Shown here in pieces: positions 48,460 to 59,125 of a stretch of DNA of 64,000 bases (position 1 is its first letter; each line of letters begins with the position of its first letter). The notes under the pieces were generated by a model, which did not search any database, was not told the DNA's origin, and was given only the letters and a program-made list of their open reading frames with translations. The stretch lies in assembly GCA_013290025.1 (NCBI GenBank), contig JABCYV010000001.1:545-64544 (forward strand), read 5' to 3'. The stretch is from Acidobacteriota bacterium (GTDB lineage Bacteria; Acidobacteriota; Terriglobia; Terriglobales; Acidobacteriaceae). The translations under genes and the position numbers were made by a program.

Positions 48460-51400
48460 ATGAATTCTCCTGTGGGTATCCTGTATCTGGAAGATGATGT
48501 CGCCGACGCGGAGTTAGCGCAAGACACGCTCGAAATGGGCGGACTTGCCTGCGACGTGACCCGCGTGGAGACGGAGTCCGGCTTCCTCGCGGCCCTACAA
48601 CAGGGGGGAATCGACCTGATCCTGGCGGATTACGCACTGCCCTCGTTCGATGGCTTGTCGGCGTTGACTATCACACTGCGGCAACGGCCGGACCTGCCGT
48701 TTATCTTCGTTTCGGGAACGATGGGGGAAGAGGTGGCAGTCGAAGCTCTCAAGATCGGCGCGACGGATTACGTCTTGAAAACGCGACTGTCTCGCCTGGT
48801 GCCCTCGGTGCGCCGGGCGCTCCGCGAAGCCAATGAGAGGGCGGAGCTCCGCCGTGCTGAGCGTGAGCTCAAGGATCGCGGAGCGAAGATCAGGCGGTTG
48901 GTCGAGGCTAACATCGCTGGGATCTTCACTTGGGACCTCGAAGGTCGGATTCTTGAGGCGAATGATGCGTTTCTGCGCATCATCGGATACCAGCGGGACG
49001 ATCTCGCTACGGGCCGCCTGCGGTGGACCGACCTCACACCGCCTGAATGGCTTAAACTCGACGCACAACTGCGAGTCCCAGAGCTAAAGGCGACTGGTAG
49101 CTTGCAACCCTTCGAGAAGGAGTACTTCCGAAAAGATGGCACCCGCGTGCCCGTGCTCATCGGGGCTGCGACCTTCAATGAAACGGGCAATCAAGGTGTA
49201 GCATTCGTGCTCGATCTCACGGAACGCAAGCGGGCCGAAGAAACTCTGCGCGAGCAAGCTAATCTGCTCAGTCTGACGCATGATGCCATCTTTGTCTGCG
49301 ATATGAATGGAATGCTTAAGTACTGGAATCCCGGGGCACAAGAGTTGTACGGGTGGACGGAGGAAGAAGCGATTGGCAAGGTAACTCACGGCCTACTGAG
49401 AACGATTTTCCCAACACCACACAGCGAAATCGTGTCGGAAGTGCTCCGTGCAGGCCGGTGGGAAGGCGAGCTTGTACAGACAAAAAAGGACGGCAGTCAG
49501 ATTGTCGTGGCGAGCCGCTGGTCATTGCAGAGCGACGAGAGAAGTTCTCCGGTTGGATATCTGGAAACCAATAACGACATCACGGAACGCAAGCGCGCAG
49601 TATCCTTGCTGGCAGGAGAGAAACGGGTCCTTGAGATGGTCGCGAGAGGAGATTCTCTCGCTCAAATACTTGACGCGTTGTGCCGGCTTGTAGAAGAACA
49701 AGCCAGCGGCGTTCTGACCTCGATCTTATTACTGGATGGAAGTCGATTACGGCATGGCGCCGCACCCAGCCTTCCCAAAGCCTATACCGATGCAATTGAT
49801 GGCGCTGCGATTGGGCCCTCAGGGTTTTCCTGTGGAACGGCCGCCTACCTGGGCAAACAGGTCGTTGTGGAGGACACAGCAATCGACCCCTTGTGGGTGA
49901 ACTATCGCGACCTGGCTTTGGCCCATTCTCTGCGCGCTTGTTGGTCCACGCCGGTCTTCTCGTCACAAGGTAAAGTCATTGCAACCTTCGCTATGTACTA
50001 TCGCGCACCTCGACGCCCCAGTCAGCGCGACCAGGAGATCATCGAACAGATGAGTCGTTTGGCGGGAGTCGCCATTGAACCTAAGCTGACACAGGAGCTT
50101 CTGCGGCGCAGCGAAGCTTATCTGGCGGAAGCGCAGAAGCTCACCCTGACAGGCAGTTGTGCCATTGACGGCACTAATCGCGAGATCCAGTACTGGTCCG
50201 AGGAAATGTTCCGACTTTTCGGCTTTGATCGGCAACAGGGCTTACCAATGTGGGACCAGTGGGTGCAACGAATACACCCAGAAGACCGTGACAAGTTCAG
50301 GATGGCAGGTGATAGGACGTTCCTCGAGAAAGTAGATTGCGACGTCGAGTTCAGAATCGTGAAACCCGATGGAACAGTCAAACACATTCATGGCATCGGC
50401 CATCCAGTTTTGAGTCGCAATGGAGAGCTTGTTCAAGTGGTCGGCACCATGGTCGATGTCACGGAGCGCAGGCGTGCCGAAGAATCCTTGCGCCGTAGCG
50501 AGAGCTATCTGGCAGAAGCGCAGCGGCTCGCTCATATAGGAAGTTGGGCATTCGACGCACTTCAAAAGACACCGCTGTACCTCTCAGAGGAATGGTGTCG
50601 CCTGTTCGGGTTCGATCCAAAAGACGGTATGCCTACTTGGGAACAACGACTGCTGCGGGTTCATCCCGATGATCTGCCTTTATTTCAAGCGGCGGTCGAT
50701 CGCGCAACGAGAGAAAAATCGGAATTGGACGTAGAGTTCCGAATTCTGCTTCCGCGCTCCGCCGTCAGATACATTCGTTCCGTTGGCCACCCGGTTTTGG
50801 GCCCATCGGGGGAAGTAACGCAGTTCGTAGGTGTCACGATGGACGTGACTGACAGCAAGCAAGCAGAGGAAGAGCGTGAAAGATTGCGTCGCACTCAAGC
50901 AGAGCTGGAGCACATGAGGCGGGTGAGTACGTTGGGTGAACTGACGGCCTCGCTCGCCCATGAAATCAAGCAGCCCATCGGAGCCGCCGTAACCAACGCG
51001 GAAGTGTGCCTGCGATTGCTTGATCGCTCTCAACCCGATATTGCCGAGGCACGGGAAGCTGCTTTGGAAATGGCCAAAGACGCCAGGCGGGCAGCAGACA
51101 TTATTGACCGCGTCCGCTCGCTGTTCCAAAAGAGTTCTTCGGGTCCGGCGGTAGTCGACGTAAACGAAGTCATTGAAGAAATGGTTGTTATGCTACAGAA
51201 CGATGCGCATCGGCATTCAGTTACGATACACGCCGATCTTGCCGGAGGGCTCCCCCAAGCAATGGCCGATCGAGTGCAGCTGCAGCAGGTACTAATGAAT
51301 CTCATGCTGAACGGTATCGAGGCGATGCAGGGTGCCGGCGGCGAACTCAGCGTAAGATCGCAGTTGGCCGATGACGGCCAACTGCTGATTTCGGTCATCG

Positions 51401-51606
51401 ATAGCGGCGAGGGACTGCCCGCGGAGAGTGTAGACAAGATCTTCGACGCATTCTTTACGACAAAATCCCAAGGTACAGGTCTGGGATTGGCGATTACCCG
51501 TTCCATTGTTAAATCGCACGGTGGTCGAATTTGGGCCACTGGAAACTCCGATCGGGGGACAACGTTTAGTTTTACCCTGCCCAGTAGGGTCGCAGTAGCT
51601 GCATGA
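48460..51606 (+). CDS. hybrid REC-PAS-GAF-PAS sensor histidine kinase
   Basis: N-terminal receiver ([25 protein letters not shown]), multiple PAS repeats, a GAF-like block, His[18 protein letters not shown], and HATPase. Confidence 0.9.
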   Translation: MNSPVGILYLEDDVADAELAQDTLEMGGLACDVTRVETESGFLAALQQGGIDLILADYALPSFDGLSALTITLRQRPDLPFIFVSGTMGEEVAVEALKIGATDYVLKTRLSRLVPSVRRALREANERAELRRAERELKDRGAKIRRLVEANIAGIFTWDLEGRILEANDAFLRIIGYQRDDLATGRLRWTDLTPPEWLKLDAQLRVPELKATGSLQPFEKEYFRKDGTRVPVLIGAATFNETGNQGVAFVLDLTERKRAEETLREQANLLSLTHDAIFVCDMNGMLKYWNPGAQELYGWTEEEAIGKVTHGLLRTIFPTPHSEIVSEVLRAGRWEGELVQTKKDGSQIVVASRWSLQSDERSSPVGYLETNNDITERKRAVSLLAGEKRVLEMVARGDSLAQILDALCRLVEEQASGVLTSILLLDGSRLRHGAAPSLPKAYTDAIDGAAIGPSGFSCGTAAYLGKQVVVEDTAIDPLWVNYRDLALAHSLRACWSTPVFSSQGKVIATFAMYYRAPRRPSQRDQEIIEQMSRLAGVAIEPKLTQELLRRSEAYLAEAQKLTLTGSCAIDGTNREIQYWSEEMFRLFGFDRQQGLPMWDQWVQRIHPEDRDKFRMAGDRTFLEKVDCDVEFRIVKPDGTVKHIHGIGHPVLSRNGELVQVVGTMVDVTERRRAEESLRRSESYLAEAQRLAHIGSWAFDALQKTPLYLSEEWCRLFGFDPKDGMPTWEQRLLRVHPDDLPLFQAAVDRATREKSELDVEFRILLPRSAVRYIRSVGHPVLGPSGEVTQFVGVTMDVTDSKQAEEERERLRRTQAELEHMRRVSTLGELTASLAHEIKQPIGAAVTNAEVCLRLLDRSQPDIAEAREAALEMAKDARRAADIIDRVRSLFQKSSSGPAVVDVNEVIEEMVVMLQNDAHRHSVTIHADLAGGLPQAMADRVQLQQVLMNLMLNGIEAMQGAGGELSVRSQLADDGQLLISVIDSGEGLPAESVDKIFDAFFTTKSQGTGLGLAITRSIVKSHGGRIWATGNSDRGTTFSFTLPSRVAVAA

Positions 51607-52229
51607 CCTCTCCCGATACTCCCACTGTGTTCGTTGTCGATGATGATGACCGCATGCGTGCGGCTATGCAGCGGCTGTTAAAGACGGTGGGGTTGCACTC
51701 GGAGTCGTTTGCTACGCCACAAGACTTTCTGCGGCGGAAGCTTCCAGACGCTCCCAGCTGCCTCGTACTGGATATACGACTTCCCGGAATGAGCGGCCTG
51801 GAGGTCCAAAGCAAACTAAACGAGACAGGAGCTCAGATCCCCATCATTTTCATCACCAGCCATGGGGATATTCCCATGACTGTCAAAGCGATGAAGTCTG
51901 GCGCGCTGGAATTTCTGACAAAGCCTTTCCGCGATCAGGACCTGATCGATGCGATTCAGCAAGCGCTGAAGAGCAATGCACAAGCGCGGCAAGAACAGAA
52001 CGAGCTTGCGCAATTGCAAGAACGCTACGCGAAATTGACAGCGCGCGAGCGCGAGGTCATGCGTCTCATTGTTTCCGGCATGCTTACGAAGCAGATTGCC
52101 TCGACACTTGGCACTACCGAAATCACCGTGACGGTGCAGCGTGGGCAAGTAATGCGCAAGATGGAAGCGAACTCGCCCGCTGAGCTAGGAAGAATGGCAG
52201 AAAGGCTCAAGCTTCCGACAGCCCCCTAA
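51603..52229 (+). CDS. FixJ/NarL-type response regulator
   Basis: Paralog of 41482-42108 ([23 protein letters not shown], LuxR HTH). The start overlaps the kinase stop. Confidence 0.9.
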   Translation: MTSPDTPTVFVVDDDDRMRAAMQRLLKTVGLHSESFATPQDFLRRKLPDAPSCLVLDIRLPGMSGLEVQSKLNETGAQIPIIFITSHGDIPMTVKAMKSGALEFLTKPFRDQDLIDAIQQALKSNAQARQEQNELAQLQERYAKLTAREREVMRLIVSGMLTKQIASTLGTTEITVTVQRGQVMRKMEANSPAELGRMAERLKLPTAP

Positions 52230-52378
52230 CCCGTACCGCCGACCCCTACCCCGCCCCGCAGGCACGACTACGAACCCCCTTATACATACCTATCATCGCC
52301 TCTATCACAACCAATAATTGCGTTTTGCGCACAGCGGATCAATCTTGTACCTGTATGGCCAGAGAGAGGAAAGGGAAA

Positions 52379-52738
52379 ATGGTTGCTGTTATTGAGGATG
52401 ACGAATCGTATCGAGTCGCCGTGCAACGTTTGCTGAAATCGGCAGGCTTTTCAGTGCAATCGTTCGCCTCTGCCGAGGATTTCCTAAGCTCTGGCCGGCA
52501 ACACGAAACTGGGTGTCTGATCAGCGATATCCGCATGCTGGGGATGTCTGGCCTGGACCTTCAGGCTAAGTTGAATGCTGATCACTGCCCGATTCCAACC
52601 ATTTTTATTACTGCACACGGGGAAGAAGACATGCGATTGCAGGCAATGCGAGGCGGTGCAGTGAAATTTATGGTCAAGCCTTTTGATGGCGCAATTCTAC
52701 TTGAAAGCGTTCGAGTGGCCTTGGAAGCTGAGGATTGA
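52379..52738 (+). CDS. stand-alone receiver domain protein
   Basis: MVAVIEDDESYRVAV..., LISDIRMLGMSG, VKPF. ATG 52379 follows GAGAGGAAAGGG. Confidence 0.85.
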   Translation: MVAVIEDDESYRVAVQRLLKSAGFSVQSFASAEDFLSSGRQHETGCLISDIRMLGMSGLDLQAKLNADHCPIPTIFITAHGEEDMRLQAMRGGAVKFMVKPFDGAILLESVRVALEAED

Positions 52739-52774
52739 TTAAGTCGATTGCACGGTCTTTGGTAGGAGGTAGTT

Positions 52775-53809
52775 ATGGGCGCCTTTGAGAGACTACGCTC
52801 TGACGAACGCGAAGACAGAGACCGTCAATTTGATCACATTGTCGGCAACAGCCCCGCTCTTGAATCAGCTCTCGCGGAAGTGCAACGTGTGGCGCCAACT
52901 GATTCCACGGTGCTGGTTCTGGGAGAAACCGGGACGGGGAAGGAATTGATCGCCCGTGCCATTCACAATCTGAGCGCGCGCTGCGGACGCCCCTTCGTGA
53001 AGCTTAACTGCGCTGCCATACCGTTCGATCTCTTGGAGAGTGAGTTGTTTGGGCACGAGAAGGGTGCCTTTACCGGGGCCGTGGCACAAAAAATTGGCCG
53101 CTTCGAAATGGCTGATACCGGCACTCTTTTTCTTGACGAAATTGGGGACTTGCCGCTGGGCCTACAGCCGAAACTTTTGCGCGTTTTGCAGGAACAAGAG
53201 TTCGAACGCGTTGGCAGCGGCCGCACGCATCACATCAACTTGCGTCTGGTTGCCGCTACCCATCGCGATCTGGCGCAGATGGTTGCACGTAAGGAATTTC
53301 GCAGTGATCTTTACTATCGGCTGAACGTATTTCCTGTCGTGGTTCCGCCTTTGCGGGAGCGCCGGGAGGACATACGCCAGTTGGCAGTTCATTTCGCCGA
53401 GGTATTCGCCCGGCGGATGGGGAAGCACATTGAACAAATACCGGAGACAACGATGGATGCATTCATTGCATATCCTTGGCCGGGCAATGTACGCGAGCTC
53501 CAAAACCTCATTGAACGGGCCGTAATCCGATCAGACGATGGCGTGCTTCCGAATCCTCTGCCTTCACCACAGACGAATACAACACCCCCAATTGCCCCAC
53601 AAGGAACACTGCGTGATCACGAAGCAACTCTGATTTTGCAGACTTTGCGGGCTGCCGGAGGAATGATAGGAGGGCCCCGAGGAGCAGCTGCCCGGCTGGG
53701 GCTTAAGCGTACAACATTGGTCTCCAAGATGAAGAGGCTCGGGATATACCGACCGCGGTTTCAGCAACTCATCGATGAGGTCAACGAGGGACCGGAACTG
53801 GCGGTATGA
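52775..53809 (+). CDS. sigma-54-dependent activator lacking an N-terminal regulatory domain (paralog of 43071-44105)
   Basis: Same 344-aa length. Long stretches are near-identical at the nucleotide level to 43071-44105. GAFTGA loop is present. Confidence 0.9.
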   Translation: MGAFERLRSDEREDRDRQFDHIVGNSPALESALAEVQRVAPTDSTVLVLGETGTGKELIARAIHNLSARCGRPFVKLNCAAIPFDLLESELFGHEKGAFTGAVAQKIGRFEMADTGTLFLDEIGDLPLGLQPKLLRVLQEQEFERVGSGRTHHINLRLVAATHRDLAQMVARKEFRSDLYYRLNVFPVVVPPLRERREDIRQLAVHFAEVFARRMGKHIEQIPETTMDAFIAYPWPGNVRELQNLIERAVIRSDDGVLPNPLPSPQTNTTPPIAPQGTLRDHEATLILQTLRAAGGMIGGPRGAAARLGLKRTTLVSKMKRLGIYRPRFQQLIDEVNEGPELAV

Positions 53810-54079
53810 GTCCCGTTCGGTGCCTTGCCCGGCGCGCTTGCACGGGCTCGCACAAAAGTTAGCTGTTCCTGCCTTAAACACCTTCTGAAACCAAATCGTG
53901 CCATATGCAATTTTATGTGCTACGCCAAATGTCGATATGGCGTCACGGCGATACTTCGACGTGTCCAATCCTGTTATCGGAAGTCTCTCGATCTTCCATC
54001 CCTCACGATCTTGACTGTATTCGCTTGATTTTAAGTCCGGTCGTCATACCTGAGAACAAGGCGTCCGATGACATCGACT

Positions 54080-54095
54080 TGGAATATCAGTTGCA
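54080..54095 (+). promoter_or_regulatory. candidate sigma-54 (-24/-12) promoter
   Basis: TGGAAT-atcag-TTGCA is a close match to TGGCAC-N5-TTGCW, about 50 nt upstream of the SDR start. Confidence 0.6.
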
Positions 54096-54146
54096 AACAA
54101 TCATGCGTGTTCGCGCTAGGTTGATTGCTCACGAAAGGACTTGGCT

Positions 54147-54899
54147 ATGTCAAAGAAGTTTAAGGGAAAGATCGCGGTTGTCACCGGAGGCTCGGCGGGA
54201 ATGGGCCTGGCTACCGCGAAGCGCTTCGTGCAAGAAGGGATGGATCACGTGTTCATTACTGGCCGCGGTAGAGACGCGCTGGATGCTGCAGCTGCCGAGA
54301 TTGGAAAGAACGTGACGGCGGTACAGGGCGACGTAGCCAAGCTTTCTGACCTTGATCGTCTATACGACACGATAAAAAAACACAATCGACAGATCGACAT
54401 CATTTTTGCGAACGCCGGCCTCGCGAAGTTGGCCCCGTTTGGGACGGTCGACGAGAAGTTTTTCGACCTCCACTTCGACGCCAACGTGAAAGGCCTCTTC
54501 TTTTCCGTGCAAAAGGGTCTTCCGCTGATGAAGGACGGAGGCTCCATCATCCTTAATGGATCCATTGCCGATATCAAGGGCTTTCCCGCGATGAGCGTGT
54601 ATAGCGCCACCAAGGCCGCGGTACGTTCCTTTGCGCGGACTTGGACAAATGACTTGCGCGACCGCCGCATCCGAGTGAATGTGCTGAGCCCGGGTCACAT
54701 CGACACTCCGATTCTGGAAGACCTTCAGCAGGGCGAGGCGCTCCTGAAGATGAAAAAGGAGATGGAGAACAATGTCCCACTCGGAAGATTGGGAGACCCC
54801 GACGAGATTGCCAAAGCGGTTTCATTCCTCGCTTCCGATGAGGCCAGCTATGTCTCGGGTACAGAGCTTTACGTCGATGGTGGCGTGGCGCAAATCTGA
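54147..54899 (+). CDS. SDR family oxidoreductase
   Basis: VTGGSAGMG, NAG, and YSATKAA (YxxxK). Confidence 0.9.
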   Translation: MSKKFKGKIAVVTGGSAGMGLATAKRFVQEGMDHVFITGRGRDALDAAAAEIGKNVTAVQGDVAKLSDLDRLYDTIKKHNRQIDIIFANAGLAKLAPFGTVDEKFFDLHFDANVKGLFFSVQKGLPLMKDGGSIILNGSIADIKGFPAMSVYSATKAAVRSFARTWTNDLRDRRIRVNVLSPGHIDTPILEDLQQGEALLKMKKEMENNVPLGRLGDPDEIAKAVSFLASDEASYVSGTELYVDGGVAQI

Positions 54900-54960
54900 G
54901 TGTTGCTGCAACGTGCTCTATGTCCTAATCCGAGAAATGTGGAAAGGACTGAAAACATGA

Positions 54961-55505
54961 ATGGCAAGTCTTCAATCGCGTTTAGATGATTTTAAGAAAA
55001 CATTCGAATCTGGAGCTCCACCGCACAACGCTCAGCATGAGGCAATCAAAAAGATGCATCGAGCGACAGCCGATCTCAAGGCATCAGGACTTGAACAGCA
55101 AGCGCTCAAGATCGGTGACCGTGCTCCGAGCTTCGCCTTATTCAATCAGGATCACGTGCAGGTGGTCTCGAAAGATCTTCTGCGCGAAGGGCCATTGGAG
55201 GTCAGCTTCTTTCCGGGGACACTGGTGACCTTATTGCAACATGGAGCTGGAGGCTCTACACGGAATCAATTCCGAAGTCCGAGTATTCAGTCTTTACGCT
55301 GCCGGATTACTTGCGCGATCTTTACAAGTCGTTCGGTAATGCACTGGACAGGTTCCACGATGAGGCGGGGTACCGATTGCCGATACCTGCACGCTACGTG
55401 GTCGACAAGCAAGGGATCATCCGGGCAGCCGATGTGAACCTAGATTACACAATTCGTCCGGAGTCTTCGAACACTCTCAGGCAGTTGCGGATGTTAACCG
55501 GGTGA
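54961..55505 (+). pseudogene. peroxiredoxin-like (AhpC/TSA, Prx-like2) gene with frameshift, internal deletion and TGA at the first Cys of the WCPYC motif
   Basis: Frame 1 reads ...GDRAPSFALFNQDHVQVVSKDLLREGPLEVSFF. The next frame reads RGHW-TGA-PYCNMELEALHGINSEV. The third frame reads FTLPDYLRDLYKSFG...YVVDKQGIIRAADV. About 45 aa expected between the last two blocks are missing. Confidence 0.7.
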
Positions 55506-55569
55506 GTGGCCAGCACTAAATTTGCGAGTCTAATTCGATCCGACGGGACGAGACAGAGAGGAAAACACT

Positions 55570-56376
55570 ATGAACACAGTTAAGGCTAACTACTTCGATG
55601 CCTATCGCAGTCTGAAGCTCACGCGAGACGCCACTGGTGTGCTGATAGCTGAATTTCACAGCAAGGGCGGACCCTTCACTTTCACATCGCAAGACCATAC
55701 AGAATTTGTGGAGGCCTTTTACCGGATTGCGCAAGATCGAGCGAACAAGATCGTAATCCTGACGGGAGCAGGCGGGGACTTTATTCCTGCCATCGATTTT
55801 TCATCCTTCGGCAACGTCGCCGATCCTGGCGTTTGGAGCCAGGTTCACGACGAAGGCACTCAGATTCTGGAAAACCTGGCCAACATACGGGTACCGGTGA
55901 TCGCGGCCATCGAGGGACGCGCCCATGTGCATTCCGAATATGCGCTGCTTGCGAATGTGATCGTGGCTGGCGAAGCTGCGACCTTCCACGATCTGCCGCA
56001 CTTCGCTGGAGGCATTGTTCCGGGTGACGGCATTTTTACCACATGGAGTTATCGCGCCGGTGTGGGTCGGGCGGAGGCGTTCCTACTGAATCCACAGCCG
56101 CTAAGAGCGCGTACCGCGCACGAATGGGGTGTGGTTGCCGAAGTTGTGGCGAACGGCAAGGCGCTCAGCCGAGCGCGGGAACTCGCTGCTCTGTACCTCA
56201 AGGTACCGGAAGTGACTCGCCGCAACACGCGCGTGCACTTCATTCACCCGTTGAAGGAGCGCATTGTTCGAGAAGTCGGTTACGGACTGTCACTCGAAGG
56301 AGCGTCCGCCGCCGACCTCGTGAAGGCAATGCAAGCCAACACAGAGCGTGCACCTTCCAAAGAACAAGTCGCATGA
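55570..56376 (+). CDS. enoyl-CoA hydratase/isomerase (crotonase) family protein
   Basis: VILTGAGGDFIPAIDF and VPVIAAIEGRA are typical crotonase-fold motifs. Confidence 0.88.
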   Translation: MNTVKANYFDAYRSLKLTRDATGVLIAEFHSKGGPFTFTSQDHTEFVEAFYRIAQDRANKIVILTGAGGDFIPAIDFSSFGNVADPGVWSQVHDEGTQILENLANIRVPVIAAIEGRAHVHSEYALLANVIVAGEAATFHDLPHFAGGIVPGDGIFTTWSYRAGVGRAEAFLLNPQPLRARTAHEWGVVAEVVANGKALSRARELAALYLKVPEVTRRNTRVHFIHPLKERIVREVGYGLSLEGASAADLVKAMQANTERAPSKEQVA

Positions 56377-56783
56377 ACGAAGAAGCTCCACCAGCCCTTT
56401 ATCGTCGCCGGGCAAGATTCGAGAAGCAATTGGGGGGCTTGTCATCCGCAAGTCCATCGTGATCACCAGAGCGTCGAAGGGGATCGGCCGCGCCGCGGCC
56501 GATCCCTTGGGCGGAAGGCAAAAAGATCGTTGGGTTTGTAAACCAACGGTCATGATCAGAGCCTGACACGGCCTGAGTTTCCGCCCACATCTGGCACACA
56601 ATTTGGTTTGTCAGAGCACTCCTAACCCCTTATCTAACGTCTGACCGACAGTCAGTCAGCTGAACACCGATCGCTCAGTGTTTGCACCCTTCGTTTCAGA
56701 ACATTAAATGATGAAATGGCTGGAAATCGAGCCTCCAGACCATTGATTCCACTGGAGGCGCTGAGGGGAGGATTTTGAAACAC

Positions 56784-57310
56784 ATGAGAGTCGCCATCTA
56801 CACACGGGCCTCGACGGGGAAGCAGGACACAGAGAACCAAGCTGAGCAGTTGTGGGAGTTCGCTGCGAAGATGTGTTGGACCATCTGCTTTGAGCTTTGA
56901 GTTCAGCGACGTGGTCAAAGGAACAAAGAGCGAGAAGGACAGACCGCAGTTCAAGCTCATGTTCGAACTGGCATCGCGAAGAGAGTTCGATCTGGTACTG
57001 TTTCTGGGCATTGGATCGGTTCTCACGCGAAGGCATGCAGCCGACACTCCATCACCTGCAACGTCTCGACGCTTATGGCGCGTGGAGGTCGTTCACCGAG
57101 CAGTACCTTGCCTCGACGGGTGTGTTCAAAGACTACGTGATATCCATTATGGCGACCTATCGCCAAGCACGAGAACATTGGCGGCTCAGAGCGCGTCAAG
57201 GCAGGACTGGCCAGAGCCAAGCGCGACGGTGCGCGATTCGGAAGGCCGCGAGTTTCGGATGCGAAAGCCAGTGGAACGACGCTGTGGAGACGCCGGCAAG
57301 AGAGCAAATG
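56784..57310 (+). pseudogene. serine recombinase (resolvase/invertase) pseudogene, multiple frameshifts, C-terminally truncated
   Basis: MRVAIYTRASTGKQDTENQ (catalytic Ser region) / EFSDVVKGTKSEKDRPQFKLMFELASRREFDLVLF / WALDRFSREGMQPTLHHLQRL / SERVKAGLARAKRDGARFGRP lie in different frames. Confidence 0.8.
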
Positions 57311-57322
57311 ACCGTGTCCAGA

Positions 57323-57778
57323 TTAAGAGTCTTCCTTGTCACCAGCAGCTTTGCGGCCCAGCTTCCCCATCACGTATGACTTGGCTAGCCCAAATAGCTT
57401 CATGAGATTCGACTGGGAGAGAAGTCCACAGAGAAAGAGAGAGATCCCAGAAAGGATGATGAAGATGAGGATCGAGATGCGGCAGAGCGCAGTGGCATTA
57501 CGCGGTAGATAGAGTAGTGCATACCAACACAGCGAACCCGTGATGACACCAAGCCCAACGTTCAGCCACAGGAACGTCGTGAGTGATAAGCGCGCACCTT
57601 GCTTCTGTTCGTATTTGCTACTTCGCTTTGCAAGGTCTATGGCTGCCGCCCGAATGTCAGGATTAGGGGATTTGTCCGCCAGCCGAAGCAGATCCATGAC
57701 TTGCTGGTGGGCTTGTTGCTGGAGCGATAGAGCGGAATTGCTTTTCCGTGATTGCTCAGCTTTGGCGGTATTTGCCAT
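57323..57778 (-). CDS. hypothetical 2-TM membrane protein (last gene of a 3-gene cassette)
   Basis: Soluble N-terminus followed by two long hydrophobic helices (LSLTTFLWLNVGLGVITGSLCWYALLYL; ISILIFIILSGISLFLCGLL). The start abuts the upstream stop. Confidence 0.6.
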   Translation of the reverse strand: MANTAKAEQSRKSNSALSLQQQAHQQVMDLLRLADKSPNPDIRAAAIDLAKRSSKYEQKQGARLSLTTFLWLNVGLGVITGSLCWYALLYLPRNATALCRISILIFIILSGISLFLCGLLSQSNLMKLFGLAKSYVMGKLGRKAAGDKEDS

Positions 57779-58164
57779 TACGCTGCGAGATCTCTCAGTG
57801 CATCCGTCGTAGGAGTGAATGCGATCTCGACCTTCAAGTCTGAAAGATCATGATCTCGGTCGCAGAAATCACAGTGAGGGGGTATTTCGTCTAACTCGTC
57901 AGGACTGTCTACAGTTGCGAGGAGGGCATTTTCCTTACGGCAGTAGACGTTGTAGACACGGCGAAGGACGCCCGCTTCCGATAGGAGATCAAGCAGCACG
58001 AACGCTTCACCGTCATTTAGATGGAGAGCTACAGCGGCGAGCTTCGGTATTATGTACTCCTGCCCGTCCTCCGTTTGCGCCTGGATGTATGCGACCAACC
58101 GATCGAGCAATGGCGCGAGGCGAGGATATTGTCGCTTAATGCTCTCGAACTTTTGAGACAACAT
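57778..58164 (-). CDS. hypothetical small protein (possible wHTH plus Cys pair)
   Basis: 128-aa ORF overlapping both neighbours. Contains the motif CDFCD. No family recognised. Confidence 0.5.
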   Translation of the reverse strand: MLSQKFESIKRQYPRLAPLLDRLVAYIQAQTEDGQEYIIPKLAAVALHLNDGEAFVLLDLLSEAGVLRRVYNVYCRKENALLATVDSPDELDEIPPHCDFCDRDHDLSDLKVEIAFTPTTDALRDLAA

Positions 58165-59125
58165 ACTCTACCTCGTCGTTGCTGCAATCGGCATTGACTT
58201 TAACGAAGCCTTCTTCGGCGTCGATGTGCGTAAAGACCTCGCGTGTCAGAAATCCGCTCGACACTTTTGGAAGCCAGTAGAATGACTGTGCATCCCATGC
58301 CCAAGTCTCGCCATACTTTTTGTACGCGAGCTGCCAGTCAGGGTTGTGTCTTATGTCCGCACGCGGCCCGCTAGTCTTGGTCTTGTAGTTCTTTTGCGTG
58401 GTGTGATCGTCGATGTGAATGCGAACGATGCGCGGATCTTCATTCTCGACCAGACTCTTGATCACTATTCGGAGTTCAAACGCTTCCACTTTACAGCCCA
58501 GAACATCGCGTGCCTTCTGAAGGTATGCTCCATAATACGCCTGTGCGGTTGGGCGACCGCTTCCGTCTTCGTACGAGTGCACGTTCTCTGGGGGATTGAG
58601 GCGAAGCTCGGCTGTTCCAGCTGAGAAATCAGCGATCAGAACCGCTCGTTTTTGGATGGGATATTTTTCAAGTCCGGTTCCCTGTGGATTGACTCTCACC
58701 AACTCCTGTTCTTCTGCCCATTTAACTCGAAGGAGGTCACCTTCGATGTGTGCGTAAACAGGTGACATCGCCTGCGTCTTTTTTCCCGCAAATGTTCGCT
58801 TCGTCACGATTGGGATCGCGAACTGCTTAAGGCGATGGACGAGGGCGTTCTGGGCAGTCTTGCCTTCGTGTCTCTCCATGCGAAAAAGGTAGATTCGCAT
58901 GTCACTTGCTTCTTCGAAGCCGATCAGCGCCGCCTCCAGCGCGTCTTCTGCTAATTGCTTTTTGACAATAAGTGTGACGATGTGGTCGGTAATCGCCGCT
59001 CTCGATAGTGCTGGAGCAGGGAGGCCAATGGCTTTCAACCATGCCCTTAGGCCTTCCACGGCGACCTTATCGAGGACGGGCTTGACCCGTTGCTGGATCT
59101 CTGGCGGGGTATTACCGTCACCCAT
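58136..59125 (-). CDS. hypothetical protein with SAP-like N-terminal motif
   Basis: 329-aa ORF. GLRAWLKAIGLPAPALSRAAITDHIVTLI resembles a SAP helix-extended-helix motif. The rest is unrecognised. Confidence 0.6.
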   Translation of the reverse strand: MGDGNTPPEIQQRVKPVLDKVAVEGLRAWLKAIGLPAPALSRAAITDHIVTLIVKKQLAEDALEAALIGFEEASDMRIYLFRMERHEGKTAQNALVHRLKQFAIPIVTKRTFAGKKTQAMSPVYAHIEGDLLRVKWAEEQELVRVNPQGTGLEKYPIQKRAVLIADFSAGTAELRLNPPENVHSYEDGSGRPTAQAYYGAYLQKARDVLGCKVEAFELRIVIKSLVENEDPRIVRIHIDDHTTQKNYKTKTSGPRADIRHNPDWQLAYKKYGETWAWDAQSFYWLPKVSSGFLTREVFTHIDAEEGFVKVNADCSNDEVEYVVSKVREH

